The position numbers were made by a program, and so were the translations under genes. Below the pieces are notes generated by a model. The model saw only the letters and a list, made by a program, of their open reading frames with translations, was not told where the DNA came from and did not search any database. From NCBI GenBank assembly GCA_050951545.1, contig JBMNJG010000010.1:1-64000 (forward strand): a stretch of DNA of 64,000 bases, written 5' to 3'. This DNA comes from Limnochordia bacterium (lineage in GTDB: Bacteria; Bacillota; Limnochordia; DTU080). This document shows positions 10,043 to 20,799 of this stretch, one piece after another (positions within the stretch are counted from its first letter, which is position 1; every line of letters begins with the position of its first letter).

Positions 10043-11125
10043 CTAGCTCACTTCTTGTTCAGTCTGCTCCTGCTTCTGAGCGTCCTCGCGCCTGGCGGTT
10101 TTCGAGTCGAGAAGCCAGCGTGGCCGCTTTATGAACTCACCGTTATGGAAGCGGCTTTCAATGCGTCCAGTCTTCTCCAAGTGGTTGAAGCAGCTGCGCA
10201 TGCAGCCGCGGGATCCTTCAACCCCGTAGCTTCCACCCGCTCCCCACCGTCGGAGCATGGCATGTCCTTCGACAACATAACCCGATGGGAACTCATCCGT
10301 AGCACGCCAGCGAGCAGTCGATAGCGTCCAAGCAAACTTGTAGGCACCCTCTTCGCTTAGCTCTTGCTCCGACACATCGAAACTCCAACCAGGGAAGTCC
10401 TTGTGTAAGAACGGCGAAGTGCGCGGGTCTCCGCCATGGTACATCAGGCAGCACTTACCCAAGTCCACGTCTGCCCATTCGTACGTGTAACCCTCGATCT
10501 GAACGCTTACCGTTTTCCCTTCTCTAATGTGGGGAATGGCACCAGGGCAACCTCTCACACACTGCATACAGCGGTCACAGATAGTCCCTGGCTTGACCAG
10601 AGGAGTGGGCTCCAACGCAGCATCCGTGATCACGGCATGCAGACGCTGTCGAGGGCCGAACTGCTTGGTGAGAAAGACCTTCGACCAGCCCATCTCACCC
10701 ACGCCTGCAGCCGTAGCTGCAATACGAATCGCCAGATGAACGTTGTGAGCAACCCCGCCTTCACGCAGGGGCTCACGAGTAGGCTGTCCTTCCGGAACAC
10801 CCGAGTAGTAGGGCACTCCTTCCCAACCGTGATCCTCAAGATGACAGGCCAGATGATATACTCCCCACGGAATAAAATAGCTGTTCAGCAAGCCACTGTA
10901 ATCGAAGTAGGTATACGAAGGCCAATAGGTGCCCTCCTCAATGCCCCGCCACCCACCACGCAGGATGCGCTTGCCGACCACAATCACAGACTTCGCTCTA
11001 GGCATGATAGAAGCCGGATGCATGCGTTCTGGAGCATTCTCGAAACGCTCGATATTCGCTACGCCAAATAGGTCGAGCCCAACTGAATGGGCGTACTCCC
11101 GCAAACTCTCAGTGGTAACCGCCAC
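10043..11125 (-). CDS. Epoxyqueuosine reductase/reductive-dehalogenase-like Fe-S protein (QueG-like superfamily), function unknown
   Basis: GLDLFGVA, P.SIMPRAKSVIV, AATAAGVGEMGW, LTKQFGPRQRL..VITDA.LEP and CDRCMQCVRGCP, plus a C-terminal GCMRSC. Likely GTG start at 11125 after AAGGAG. Confidence 0.7.
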   Translation of the reverse strand: MAVTTESLREYAHSVGLDLFGVANIERFENAPERMHPASIMPRAKSVIVVGKRILRGGWRGIEEGTYWPSYTYFDYSGLLNSYFIPWGVYHLACHLEDHGWEGVPYYSGVPEGQPTREPLREGGVAHNVHLAIRIAATAAGVGEMGWSKVFLTKQFGPRQRLHAVITDAALEPTPLVKPGTICDRCMQCVRGCPGAIPHIREGKTVSVQIEGYTYEWADVDLGKCCLMYHGGDPRTSPFLHKDFPGWSFDVSEQELSEEGAYKFAWTLSTARWRATDEFPSGYVVEGHAMLRRWGAGGSYGVEGSRGCMRSCFNHLEKTGRIESRFHNGEFIKRPRWLLDSKTARREDAQKQEQTEQEVS

Positions 11126-11645
11126 GGATATTACTCCTTCCTGGTGGCTCGAAATCACAAAATAATGCAAGACATATGCTCTGTTTTGGCTCTCGTCATG
11201 ACGAGGAAACTCGTGTTTTCAGCAACCACGTTGTTTATCGTCTGATAATGCGAACTACACCGACGCTGGAGTCCACGGAAAGGCAAGACCTATGATGGAG
11301 CACCCAGACTGTTGATGTTCGGGAAGGATTTCGCGGCTATTTCTGTCGTCATCCCCTTGATTATCTCATTTAGTGCCCCGCATAAACCACACACGTTTTT
11401 GCCTAACAATGAACGTTTTTTCATATGGACAAATTATACAGAGCACAGTCGGCCATTGCATAGGCTGACAGCCAGAGTCTTGTGCACTCATGTGGAACTA
11501 GGTCTGCGTCTATCCAAACGAACGCCGTCAAACGATAGAGGGGCATCAGCTATCTGTCATGCGGGGCCAAAGAACCGCGACGATAGCTGAGCCCCTCGTG
11601 CAATCGATACTAAGAGGGGGGGCTATTACCCTCCCGCATCTTCGC

Positions 11646-12944
11646 TTACTTTACGAACAGCTTATCAAGTTCTGCCTGCATCAGAGGCTGCATCGTTTCG
11701 AGGAAGCTCTCGAGAGCCGTTGCTCCATTGATCACGCTGTTCCATGCCGGGTTGAAGAAACGAGCGATGGCCCCTTCTGCTTGGGTCAATGTCTGTGGAT
11801 AGCTGTCGGCATGGGTGCACGCATCCCTCACCTGTAACAGGAAGTTGCGCTTTCGGACATGGAACCCACCCATGTGGTTCTCAAGCCGGCGCAGTGTAGG
11901 CGGATGTGCGGGCATACGCCCTGTGTACTCCATCATCTTTACCTGCGATTCCTCGGTCAGGGCCAAGAACGATATCCAGCGGAAGGCCCACTCTTGCTGC
12001 TTGGAGTCCGCTGGCACGTGGAACGGCCCAAAAAACGTCTGACCGCCGCGACGCGCGGGTCCCTTTGGATGGACTACAGCCTCGTACTCGTCGCTCGTGT
12101 CTGCTAGGCGGTAAGTATCCGGATCGGGCGCTGCCGAGTGCAAGGCGATGGCCGAATGGCGTCTTGCGTAGTAAGCCGCGGTACTCTGAGGGATCCCAAA
12201 GCCTCTCTGCTTCAGCGACGCATAGAATCCAAGCCCTGTGCGTACGGGTAACGAATTCATGAGCGCCTTGCGGGGATGAATGTAGCTGTCGAACATACTC
12301 CCACCAGCCTGGTTAATCGCAGGTGACAGCGAGATAAACGAACTGGAAAAGCCTACGCCATAGGTCTCTGGTATGCCGTCTCCATCCACATCCTTGGTCA
12401 GCCGCGGACCGTTGGCCAACAACCAATCCCAAGTCCACTCATCTCCCAGGCTGCGCAGCGACGGGACGCCCATCTCATCAAAGTACGTGCGATTGTAGGA
12501 TGGCACAATGGCGTAGATCTGACTGGGGATACCGAGAAGCTGACCATCTTTCGTGAGCACTGGCTTCGCAAAAGCAAGCATCTCACGATCTAGGCTGAGC
12601 TTGGCGGCCCGCGCATAGGGCATCAGATCAGCTAGGGCGTCATGGAACGAGAAAGCCATGAAGCTATGCGTGGAGTCAAGCACATCGACTTGAGTCCCAC
12701 TGGCAATCATCAGCTGTACCTTCGTGGTATAGTCGGCCTGCTGAGCAAAGATCTCTATCTCTGCCCCGGGATATTTCGCCTCAAACGCCTCTTTCCGGTC
12801 CTTGAGAAACTCCAGAAACGGTTCGCCATGGTTCGCCATCACGTGAACTACCTTGACTGGCGCAGCAAACGCCATAAAGGGCATGATCATTAGCAGCAAC
12901 ATCGCCATGATCATTGGAGTCAGATATATTCGCCGTCTTGTCAC
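11646..12944 (-). CDS. ABC sugar-binding protein (paralog 3)
   Basis: Collinear high similarity to 8728..10023. Confidence 0.9.
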   Translation of the reverse strand: MTRRRIYLTPMIMAMLLLMIMPFMAFAAPVKVVHVMANHGEPFLEFLKDRKEAFEAKYPGAEIEIFAQQADYTTKVQLMIASGTQVDVLDSTHSFMAFSFHDALADLMPYARAAKLSLDREMLAFAKPVLTKDGQLLGIPSQIYAIVPSYNRTYFDEMGVPSLRSLGDEWTWDWLLANGPRLTKDVDGDGIPETYGVGFSSSFISLSPAINQAGGSMFDSYIHPRKALMNSLPVRTGLGFYASLKQRGFGIPQSTAAYYARRHSAIALHSAAPDPDTYRLADTSDEYEAVVHPKGPARRGGQTFFGPFHVPADSKQQEWAFRWISFLALTEESQVKMMEYTGRMPAHPPTLRRLENHMGGFHVRKRNFLLQVRDACTHADSYPQTLTQAEGAIARFFNPAWNSVINGATALESFLETMQPLMQAELDKLFVK

Positions 12945-13046
12945 CCTCAGTAACCCCCTCTAGAAATCGTGCTACGCTGTACGAGCATGTCGGCGATCCA
13001 GAAAGCCCCACTCCATATATAGAAATACTACGCCCTGTAAATACAC

Positions 13047-14914
13047 CTGGTTTTCCGCACCCCCTAGGATGGGCCTAGGGGTTTACCTGAACTCGTAGCA
13101 GGAGATATCTTCCAAATCGCGAACCCTTCAGAAATGCCGTAATGAAGGGACGCGTGGCGAATGGACGACATCGAAATCACGCCAGTTCATGTGGGCGCAA
13201 GCGGATTCATTGCAGCGATCTGCCGAGAACTTGGGATCGCGGGGATGATCAACCGTTCCGTGCGTTGGGATGAGAAACAGTGGAAGGTGTCGCCGGGCAC
13301 CCGGGCGGTTGCTCTGATCATCAACATTTTGGTGGCGCGGCGCCCCCTTTACCGCGTATGGGAGTCTTTCGAGCGGCTTGACCTCCCCGTTTTGTTTGAC
13401 GAGCCCGTGGAGTTGAATGACCTCAATGATGATGGGTTTGGACGTACGCTCGACAGGTTGCATGAGTCGGATGAGCTACGCAAGATCACCAGCTCGGTAG
13501 CGTTGGCTGCTACCAGGCGGTTGCCTTTGGGGATCAGATCCGTTCATGCCGATACGACCACCCTATCGCTGGCCGGCAGATACGAGCCGACCGAGAGTGA
13601 CTTGGCCTTTTTGGAGGAGAATCCAGATCGCTCTTTGCTGAACATCACCTACGGCCACAGCAAGGCTAAGCGGCCGGATCTGAAGCAAGTCTCCTATGGG
13701 CTCGTGGTCACTAGCGAAGGCATGCCTGTCTTGGGCAACGTCAACGACGGCAACCTGAGCGACAAGGTGTGGAGCAGTGAGGTTCTCGGTGAGATCGAGA
13801 CGAGCTTCCTTGATCCGGGACAGATCGTGTACGTAGCTGATTCTGCCTTGATCACTACGGGTAATCTGGAACAAATGGCCGAGCAAAAGATCCGTTTCAT
13901 CTCCCGGCTGCCAGGGACGTATGGCCTAGTTGATGACCTGAAAGAGAAGGCCTGGAAGCAGGGCCGTTGGGAATTCATTGGCCGAGTTAGCCTTAGCGAA
14001 AAAGGCGCCAAGTACCGGGCGCAAAGCCACATGGATACATTAGGGGGTCGCCCCTATCGTTTCGTCGTGGTCCATTCTGACGCCCTGGAAAAGCAGAAGG
14101 GCAGAAGCCTGCAAAAGGCGGTAAAGCGGGAGTCTCAGCTAATTGAGAAGGCACAGGCCAAGCTGCAGAAGCAACGCTTCGAGTGTATGGGCGACGCTCA
14201 GAAAGCCCTTGACGATTTCTGCAACGAACATCGCCGATCGCGTCACCAACTCAAAGGTCGTGTCATCGCCGAGAATGTCGTAAAGCGACCTCCGGGGCGC
14301 CCTGCCAAAGACGCCAAACCGCCAACGGTTGTCGAGTACAGCGTTGAAGTACAGGTAGTCGCACCATCGGAGACGGCACTACGTGTCGAGCAGGAACTGG
14401 CCGGGACCTTTGTCCTCATCACTACTTTGCCGGAGGATGAATGGAGCAACACGGAGATTCTTGAGGAGTACAAGGGCCAGACCAGCGTGGAAACCCGCTT
14501 CCGCAACCTCAAAGCCGACCCATGTATCGTGGACACCCTATACGTCAACTCATCTCGCCGGGCGGAAGCACTCGCCTACCTGTTTCTCTTGGCTTTGATT
14601 GTGGCTTCGTATATCGAAGTGCGGGTCCGCCAGGAGCTCAAAAAACGCCAAAGACCCTTTCTGGTTCCAGGGAACCGTTGGACCGAACGCCCAACGATGA
14701 GCATGATTTTCGACATTCTCAGTGGCGTTCAGATCCTCAAACTCTGCAACGGCACAATAACTCGACGAAGGTTGCCTTCGAACATCGATCCGCGCGTGTA
14801 CGAGCTCCTGGAACTCACGGGCCTTGATCACAAGGCCTACACCCATGTGAGCTATGCTACGTAACCCGTGGCCAAAAACCAGGGGGGGTCAGGCAGAAGG
14901 GTGCGGAAAACCAG
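13047..14914 (+). mobile_element. IS1634-family insertion sequence, 1868 bp, apparently intact
   Basis: Perfect 16-bp TIR CTGGTTTTCCGCACCC (13047-62) / GGGTGCGGAAAACCAG (14899-914); 6-bp target duplication ATACAC (13041-46, 14915-20). Confidence 0.92.
13161..14864 (+). CDS. IS1634-family DDE transposase
   Basis: LNDDGFGRTLDRL, HADTTT, YGHSKAKRPDLKQ, GNLSDK, YVADSAL and YKGQTSVETRFRNLK motifs. Confidence 0.92.
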   Translation: MDDIEITPVHVGASGFIAAICRELGIAGMINRSVRWDEKQWKVSPGTRAVALIINILVARRPLYRVWESFERLDLPVLFDEPVELNDLNDDGFGRTLDRLHESDELRKITSSVALAATRRLPLGIRSVHADTTTLSLAGRYEPTESDLAFLEENPDRSLLNITYGHSKAKRPDLKQVSYGLVVTSEGMPVLGNVNDGNLSDKVWSSEVLGEIETSFLDPGQIVYVADSALITTGNLEQMAEQKIRFISRLPGTYGLVDDLKEKAWKQGRWEFIGRVSLSEKGAKYRAQSHMDTLGGRPYRFVVVHSDALEKQKGRSLQKAVKRESQLIEKAQAKLQKQRFECMGDAQKALDDFCNEHRRSRHQLKGRVIAENVVKRPPGRPAKDAKPPTVVEYSVEVQVVAPSETALRVEQELAGTFVLITTLPEDEWSNTEILEEYKGQTSVETRFRNLKADPCIVDTLYVNSSRRAEALAYLFLLALIVASYIEVRVRQELKKRQRPFLVPGNRWTERPTMSMIFDILSGVQILKLCNGTITRRRLPSNIDPRVYELLELTGLDHKAYTHVSYAT

Positions 14915-15316
14915 ATACACTATTCCTGTTTCTTTTTCATTCGTTTTGGGCACCTGCACATTCTGCCGTTGATAGGCACCCACCAGACCAGATGCCGAAT
15001 CCAGCCAAATGGTTTTTCTGACGATTCTATTTATTGGTTTATGTAGAAGTCATGGGAATTGTGCAGAGCGATACTTGCTCTACAGATGACCTGCGGGCAA
15101 GCCACCCCAGTTGCCAGCCAGACACAGGCGCGTACGGAGGCCCCAAACAGAGCAGAGGTAGGCGAGGCCGCCTACCCGTTGCGCGAGTCTCTATGACCTC
15201 ATCGGCCCCCTATTGCTGCAAAAGCCCTCGCCAGTGCCATAAGGCCTCCTCCACGGCGGGTAAGATTCCCTGCTTGTTCTCGGACTCTGGATACACGCGA
15301 TCCTAACTCCTATCCG

Positions 15317-16606
15317 TTACAGATGACCAGCCAGCAACGCCATCCAGACCTGATGGATCTTTTCTGTAGTACTACCTAAGCTCTGCTTCCCAGCGAAATA
15401 CTTGCGAACTTCATCTTCGTAGACTTTTGTCAACTCCGCTGCTACCGGCGACACGAAGCTCGTTGGTTCTGCGCCGCTCATCAGTACGTCCGTGAGAGAC
15501 TCTATATGCTTGTCACCGACCGTCTCCCGCATGGCAGAAAGGAACGCGGGAAAATTGGGAACCGTAGCAGGCGGTCGCCCAGTCTTGACTGCGAAGATCC
15601 TTACAGCACGCGGATCGGCTGCCATGAACTCCATCCATTTCCAGGCCGCATCCGGCGACTTGATACCCCGCATCATTTGCAGGCCATCCGTATGCATGGC
15701 AGTGTCTGCGTTCGCTGGTCCCCGCGGCACTGGAGCCATGTTCCAGTCTGCCATGCCTGCCTGCAGAATCTGACCGATGGACCAGGGTCCCGTGAAGAAG
15801 ATACCAACTTTCCCCTCGTAGAATTTCACGCCACCCATCCACGTATTAGCCCCCTCCGGAGGCATAGCCTCCTGTTCATGAATAAGCCGATGGACGAAAG
15901 TTAGTGCCTCGCTCACATGAGACGAGTTGATCCGGCTCACCGTTGGCATGACAGAGCGATCAAAGAAAGACCCCCCGGCTTGTGTCACAAACAGCACAGC
16001 GCGCCCCATTGAAGAGGCTGTAACGTTAACACCCCAGACATCGAGCACACCGTCACCGGAAGTATCACGAGCAATTCGCTTGGCGTTCTGAGCCACGGAA
16101 TCCCAAGTCCAGTTTCCCTTGCCGTGCAACGAGAAGGGATCGAGAAGGCCCGCGTCAGCGAACAGGCCTTCATTATAGAAAGTAAGAAGCGGCTGAACAA
16201 CCAGAGGAAGCTGAATGAGGTCCCCAGCGATCCGTGAGTGCTGGACAGCTGGCGGGACGAGAAGCCTCGTCAACCGGGACCGTTCAACATAAGCATCCAA
16301 CGGGGTGAACAGTGGCGACAACTCCATTAGATTGGATCGTTGTGCCGTGGCCACATCGGGTACAATGCCGCCAGCGGCTCTCGTCAGAAGTTTGTCGTAA
16401 TAGGCAGAGGCAACGGTTACGGTCACCTCAATCTCCTCTTGAAGGCTATTGAAGAGGGCAGCGATGTCTCTGGTAGCCTCTTCCACTGCAGCACCATGCC
16501 CAGCATTGAGGAAGTGTTCAACAGGCAGCGCACAAGCCACCGGAAAGGACACCACAAGCAATCCCATCAAAACGCACATGACGTAACTTCTATGCAATAT
16601 CTTCAT
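15317..16606 (-). CDS. ABC sugar-binding protein
   Basis: Signal peptide; AAGGIVPDV, FYNEGLFADAGL, WTWD, AAWKWMEF. Confidence 0.9.
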   Translation of the reverse strand: MKILHRSYVMCVLMGLLVVSFPVACALPVEHFLNAGHGAAVEEATRDIAALFNSLQEEIEVTVTVASAYYDKLLTRAAGGIVPDVATAQRSNLMELSPLFTPLDAYVERSRLTRLLVPPAVQHSRIAGDLIQLPLVVQPLLTFYNEGLFADAGLLDPFSLHGKGNWTWDSVAQNAKRIARDTSGDGVLDVWGVNVTASSMGRAVLFVTQAGGSFFDRSVMPTVSRINSSHVSEALTFVHRLIHEQEAMPPEGANTWMGGVKFYEGKVGIFFTGPWSIGQILQAGMADWNMAPVPRGPANADTAMHTDGLQMMRGIKSPDAAWKWMEFMAADPRAVRIFAVKTGRPPATVPNFPAFLSAMRETVGDKHIESLTDVLMSGAEPTSFVSPVAAELTKVYEDEVRKYFAGKQSLGSTTEKIHQVWMALLAGHL

Positions 16607-16639
16607 TTCTTGTCACACATCCTCTCCATGATTGAGTTA

Positions 16640-16882
16640 TTCCCCTGAGGGCATTCAGTTTCCACGTCAACACTACTGCGTGCAGACACAGAAAGCTTCA
16701 GACCTGCCTACCGGCAGACTACCTCGGGAATACCAGCAATGTGCTGCAGAGCTAAAGCCGCGCGACGTATGCGACTCCAGCCCTGTTACCAGCCGTACCT
16801 TGCATACCACGACACATCCGCCAAAACTGGGAGTCTTCGACTGCCGCTCTCCCCATTTCGGTCACGACATCACTCCTCGTTA
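16640..16882 (-). pseudogene. Decayed copy of the 5' end of the Fe-S/CCG gene (46410-46660)
   Basis: AAAGCCGCGCGACGTATGCGACTCCAGCCCTGT is shared exactly (from ~16754 vs ~46529), with collinear degenerate similarity on both sides and multiple indels. Confidence 0.75.
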
Positions 16883-17598
16883 CATTATTGTCCGCCGTTG
16901 TCCCTACATTTCACCCATCGGCAATGGTTTCCTGCCTTCCAATAGCACATGAGGCGAAAATAAGTTACCACAGCTCACAACAGACCGCGCTCGGCGACGC
17001 CACACCAGACAAGATGCGACTGTGTGGAATCTACTACAACGTAGGCACCACTTATCTTCCGGGAAGTCGAGGAACCTGAGGGGACCAAGGCTTTAGTCCC
17101 CTCATCAAAGTGATGCATCTGGCGGGGTACGAGCGACCAATCGAATACCACCACAATAGCGTTGCGCTCGACACCTATGATCCGAAAAGCATCACAGCCC
17201 CGGGCTGTGAACGCACAGACTGCCAGGCAGACACTGTGATTTGCGTGCTCCGCCCCCTTGCGTATGGAGTAGCGCGGCGTTTCATCCTACACCTGGTCGC
17301 CTATTCCACGCTCTCCCGCATTGGGAAACGGGCCCCGGCATCCTTACGTGGTGGCGAGGTTAACTTTCGCCGCATCGCCATATTTTCGGGAGGAAATGTT
17401 TTTCCCGCATTGAACGCTAGAGCCAATAAGGTTTGTTGCCTTCTGTACTACCAATATGCCGACACAACTCTCCAAAAGGGGTGGACGCCTTTTCGCTGAC
17501 GATGATTTCGGCGGTCTATGCAAATTGCAGCATACACAGTCAAAAGATACCCCGGGATTACTGGCTGAATACCCGTCTGGAAAAAGGAGGTTTTAGAC

Positions 17599-18722
17599 AT
17601 GGGGAAACGTCTCTTGACCCTGTGCATGGTCGTTGGTCTGGTTACTACCTTCGTAGCTGGAACAGGCATGGCAAAGAAGATCGCCCTGTCGTATGCCCAC
17701 TGGTCTGGGGAGCCTGGTAGAAAAGAGCTCTTTGAAGACGCGTTCAATCGATCTCAGGATGAAATCGAGGTTACCTTCCGAAATATCGGATGGTCCGGCA
17801 CATTTGGGAGCGGCTACGTCGAGAAGTTAACCGTCGAGATCGCAGCGGGAACAGGCCCTGATATCTTCAGTCTGATGCTCTGGCCTTTCCCGACGAATCT
17901 TGGACTTGGAATGATGTGGCTAGCACGAGCAAGAAGCTTCTGAAGCAAGACAGCGACGGCCGGGTTGTTCAATGGGGGCTCTCAGCAGAACCCAGCTACT
18001 CCTTTGCCAACTGGCGACAGATGGACGCAATGATCATCGCTGCTGGAGGCAGTATGTATGACGCACAGCAGACGACTCTGGCCCTGCGATCAGACCCAGC
18101 TATGCGTGTGATGAACCACGTGCTCGAGGCCGTGCGCGCCAACGCCTATCAGCTGGGCGACCCCGTCTGGACCAGGAACGCAGCTGGAGTGCTCCTCTGG
18201 CAGCTGCACATGGCTGCTGAATACGGAACCAAAATGAGAGTTGGTCAGTTGCCGCCAGTCGCCTTGGAGCTGGCAGTGTCGCCAAAAGACCCGGTCACAC
18301 TGAAGCGCAAGAACCATTCTGAAATCGCTGCCGTCGGAATAAATCGCAATACACCCCATCCGGAAGCTGCTTGGAAGGTTCTCAAGTACGTTAATCTAAA
18401 CTACCCGGAAGTGTGGAAGGAATCAGTGGGCGTCCTTATGTACCCACCGCTGTTACCTAAGGATATGCACCTGTTCCTACGACCCGACGAGAAAGCGCAG
18501 GAGACCGGAATATTCCGCACCCTGCCGAGAGTCCTATCGGCCATGGCGGAGACTGCCATTCTGCAGACTCCCGTAATCAACGAGCGCACGGTCCAACTCC
18601 AGCCGGAGGTGTTCTCGGTGCTGAGCGCGGAATGGTTGCGGGTTCTCAAGCAGCAGGTCGCTCTCCCGCAATTTGTAGACACCGTAGAGCGGCAGATCAA
18701 TCCTAAGCTGTCATCACAGTAG
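17599..18722 (+). pseudogene. ABC sugar-binding protein, split by an internal deletion and frameshift near 17865-17880
   Basis: Frame 1 ends after AAGTGPDIFS. The other frame resumes at LAFPDESWTWNDVAS. The segment normally lying between these motifs in the paralogs (..YG.P..YYN..F) is missing. Confidence 0.75.
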
Positions 18723-18755
18723 CGCAAGGAGAAGTCTCTTAGGAGGGAACGGATC

Positions 18756-20768
18756 TTGTATCTTGGAGTGGCGTACTACCCCGAACACTGGGACGAGCAA
18801 AACTGGGAACGTGACGCGAGCCTCATGAGCGAAGCTGGCCTCAACATCGTGCGTCTAGCGGAGTTCGCATGGAGCCAGTGCGAACGCACCGAAGGCCAGT
18901 TCTCCTTCGATTGGCTGGATCGAGTGCTGGGCATTCTGGCTCAACGAGGGCTGAAGGCGCTGCTTTGCACTCCCACAGCGACGCCGCCACCTTGGCTCAC
19001 GCAAAAGCATCCGAGTATCCTACCAGTTGACCAGAGCGGAGTGGTCATGAGCCCTGGAAGTCGGAGGCACTACTGCCCGAGCAGCCCGATCTACCGGGAC
19101 TACGGCAGCAAAATTGTACAGGCGATGGTAGACCACGTTCGTGACAATGAGACGGTGGTAGGATGGCAGATAGATAACGAGTTTGGTTGCGGCAATACAG
19201 CGCGATGCTACTGCAACAACTGCCGCGCCGCCTTTAGGAAATGGCTCAGAAAGCGATACGGTAGCATTGACTCTCTGAACGAGGCCTGGGGTACAGACGT
19301 GTGGAGCGGGGTGTACAATAACTGGAACGAGATACCGGTTCCGCGAAAAACCACGGACCCTCACCATCCTGGCCTCCTCCTGGATTTCTACCGTTTCGCC
19401 TCTGATGCCGTAGTAGAGTTCCAGCAGCTGCAAGTCGACATTCTCAAACATGCAGCACCACATCATTTCGTGACCCACAACATGATTGCCTCATCACAGA
19501 TTGACTACTACGACCTAACGAAAGGGCTGGACTTCGCTTCATGGGACAGCTACCCCAAGCCTGAACTGCAGCCCACGCGGGCAGTGGTCCGCAGAGTTGC
19601 CCTATGGCATGACCTATTCCGTGGACTGAAAGAAAGGAACTTTTGGTTGCTGGAGCAACGATGCTCTTCCAGCCGGGCGAAGGGCGGATATGCCACACCA
19701 CCCGAGCCGGGCATGGTCCGCCTATGGACCTACCAGGCTATTGCCCATGGCGCAGATGGGATAGTATTCTTCCGTTGGCGTTCCGCTAAATCAGGTGCTG
19801 AGCAGTGCCTTGGCGGTGTACTGAGCGTCGATGGCCAGCCAACTCGCGCCTACGACGAGGTGAAACAGATCGGTGAAGAGCTGTCGGCACTGGCCCCACA
19901 GCTGCGTGGTACCACCGTGCCGACGCAGGTAGCCATTACGGTATCATATCCGGTACAATGGGCGATCGCCGTGCAACCTTCGCTGTTTGGACCAGGATTC
20001 AACTTCCACCAGCATATGTCCAAGTACTACAGGGGCTTCTTCGATGCCACAATCCCTGTTAGTATCATGAATCCTGAGGGTAACCTGAGCGCGTACAGAC
20101 TGGTTGTGGTTCCGACACTGTTTCTCACCAACGAGGCTATCTTGCGCAATCTCTACCAATACGTAGAGCAAGGCGGCATGTTAGTCGTCACGGCTCGCTC
20201 TGGCGTCAAGGACTGGGGCAACAAAGCTGTTACCACAAGCCTCCCAGGGGGCCTAGCCAACCTCTTGAAGATACGCGTCGACGAATGCGACTCACTTCTC
20301 AACCATGGTAACGAAATAAAGACCACGATCCCGGGCCTGGCTGCAGAGACGTATACCTGCCAGACATGGTGTGAGCTGATCAAGCCTGAAGGGGCGACTG
20401 TGCATGCACAGTACACACAAGGCCATTTCGCTGGCGCCGCAGCGATCACTGAGGCCAGCTACGGCAAGGGGCGTGCCCTCTACGTAGGGGCTGAGATAGC
20501 TGAGGAGCACTTCTACTCTGGCCTTACACGCTGGCTAGCCGCCGAGGCGGGGGTACAGTCGCTTCTCGCACACGCTGTGGACGATGTGGAGGTCATGCAA
20601 AGAGCCGGATCTGACACGCAACTGCTCTTTCTACTGAATCACAATCTGCGAGAGACGAGAAGCGTCAACATCAGTACGCCCCACAGAAGCCTGCTTAGCA
20701 ACCGCGTCTACGCCAGTGAGCTAACGCTAGCTCCCGGAGACGTTGAAGTGCTGTCACCTTGTGAATAA
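18756..20768 (+). CDS. GH42 beta-galactosidase
   Basis: YLGVAYYPEHW, VRLAEFAWS, TPTATPPPW, WQIDNEFGC..CYC..C, FWLLEQ, AHGADG..FFRWR. Confidence 0.92.
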   Translation: MYLGVAYYPEHWDEQNWERDASLMSEAGLNIVRLAEFAWSQCERTEGQFSFDWLDRVLGILAQRGLKALLCTPTATPPPWLTQKHPSILPVDQSGVVMSPGSRRHYCPSSPIYRDYGSKIVQAMVDHVRDNETVVGWQIDNEFGCGNTARCYCNNCRAAFRKWLRKRYGSIDSLNEAWGTDVWSGVYNNWNEIPVPRKTTDPHHPGLLLDFYRFASDAVVEFQQLQVDILKHAAPHHFVTHNMIASSQIDYYDLTKGLDFASWDSYPKPELQPTRAVVRRVALWHDLFRGLKERNFWLLEQRCSSSRAKGGYATPPEPGMVRLWTYQAIAHGADGIVFFRWRSAKSGAEQCLGGVLSVDGQPTRAYDEVKQIGEELSALAPQLRGTTVPTQVAITVSYPVQWAIAVQPSLFGPGFNFHQHMSKYYRGFFDATIPVSIMNPEGNLSAYRLVVVPTLFLTNEAILRNLYQYVEQGGMLVVTARSGVKDWGNKAVTTSLPGGLANLLKIRVDECDSLLNHGNEIKTTIPGLAAETYTCQTWCELIKPEGATVHAQYTQGHFAGAAAITEASYGKGRALYVGAEIAEEHFYSGLTRWLAAEAGVQSLLAHAVDDVEVMQRAGSDTQLLFLLNHNLRETRSVNISTPHRSLLSNRVYASELTLAPGDVEVLSPCE

Positions 20769-20799
20769 GCCGTGCTGATGAGCGGACTAGCAGAATTGC

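Noticed and set aside
10043-11125. Naming the gene queG or rdhA
   Set aside because: It has no Tat signal, atypical second-cluster spacing and a non-tRNA context; only superfamily level is supportable.
16960-17285. Possible decayed SBP 5' end on the minus strand
   Set aside because: Only vague signal-peptide-like and ILSGVA scraps across several frames; too weak to call.
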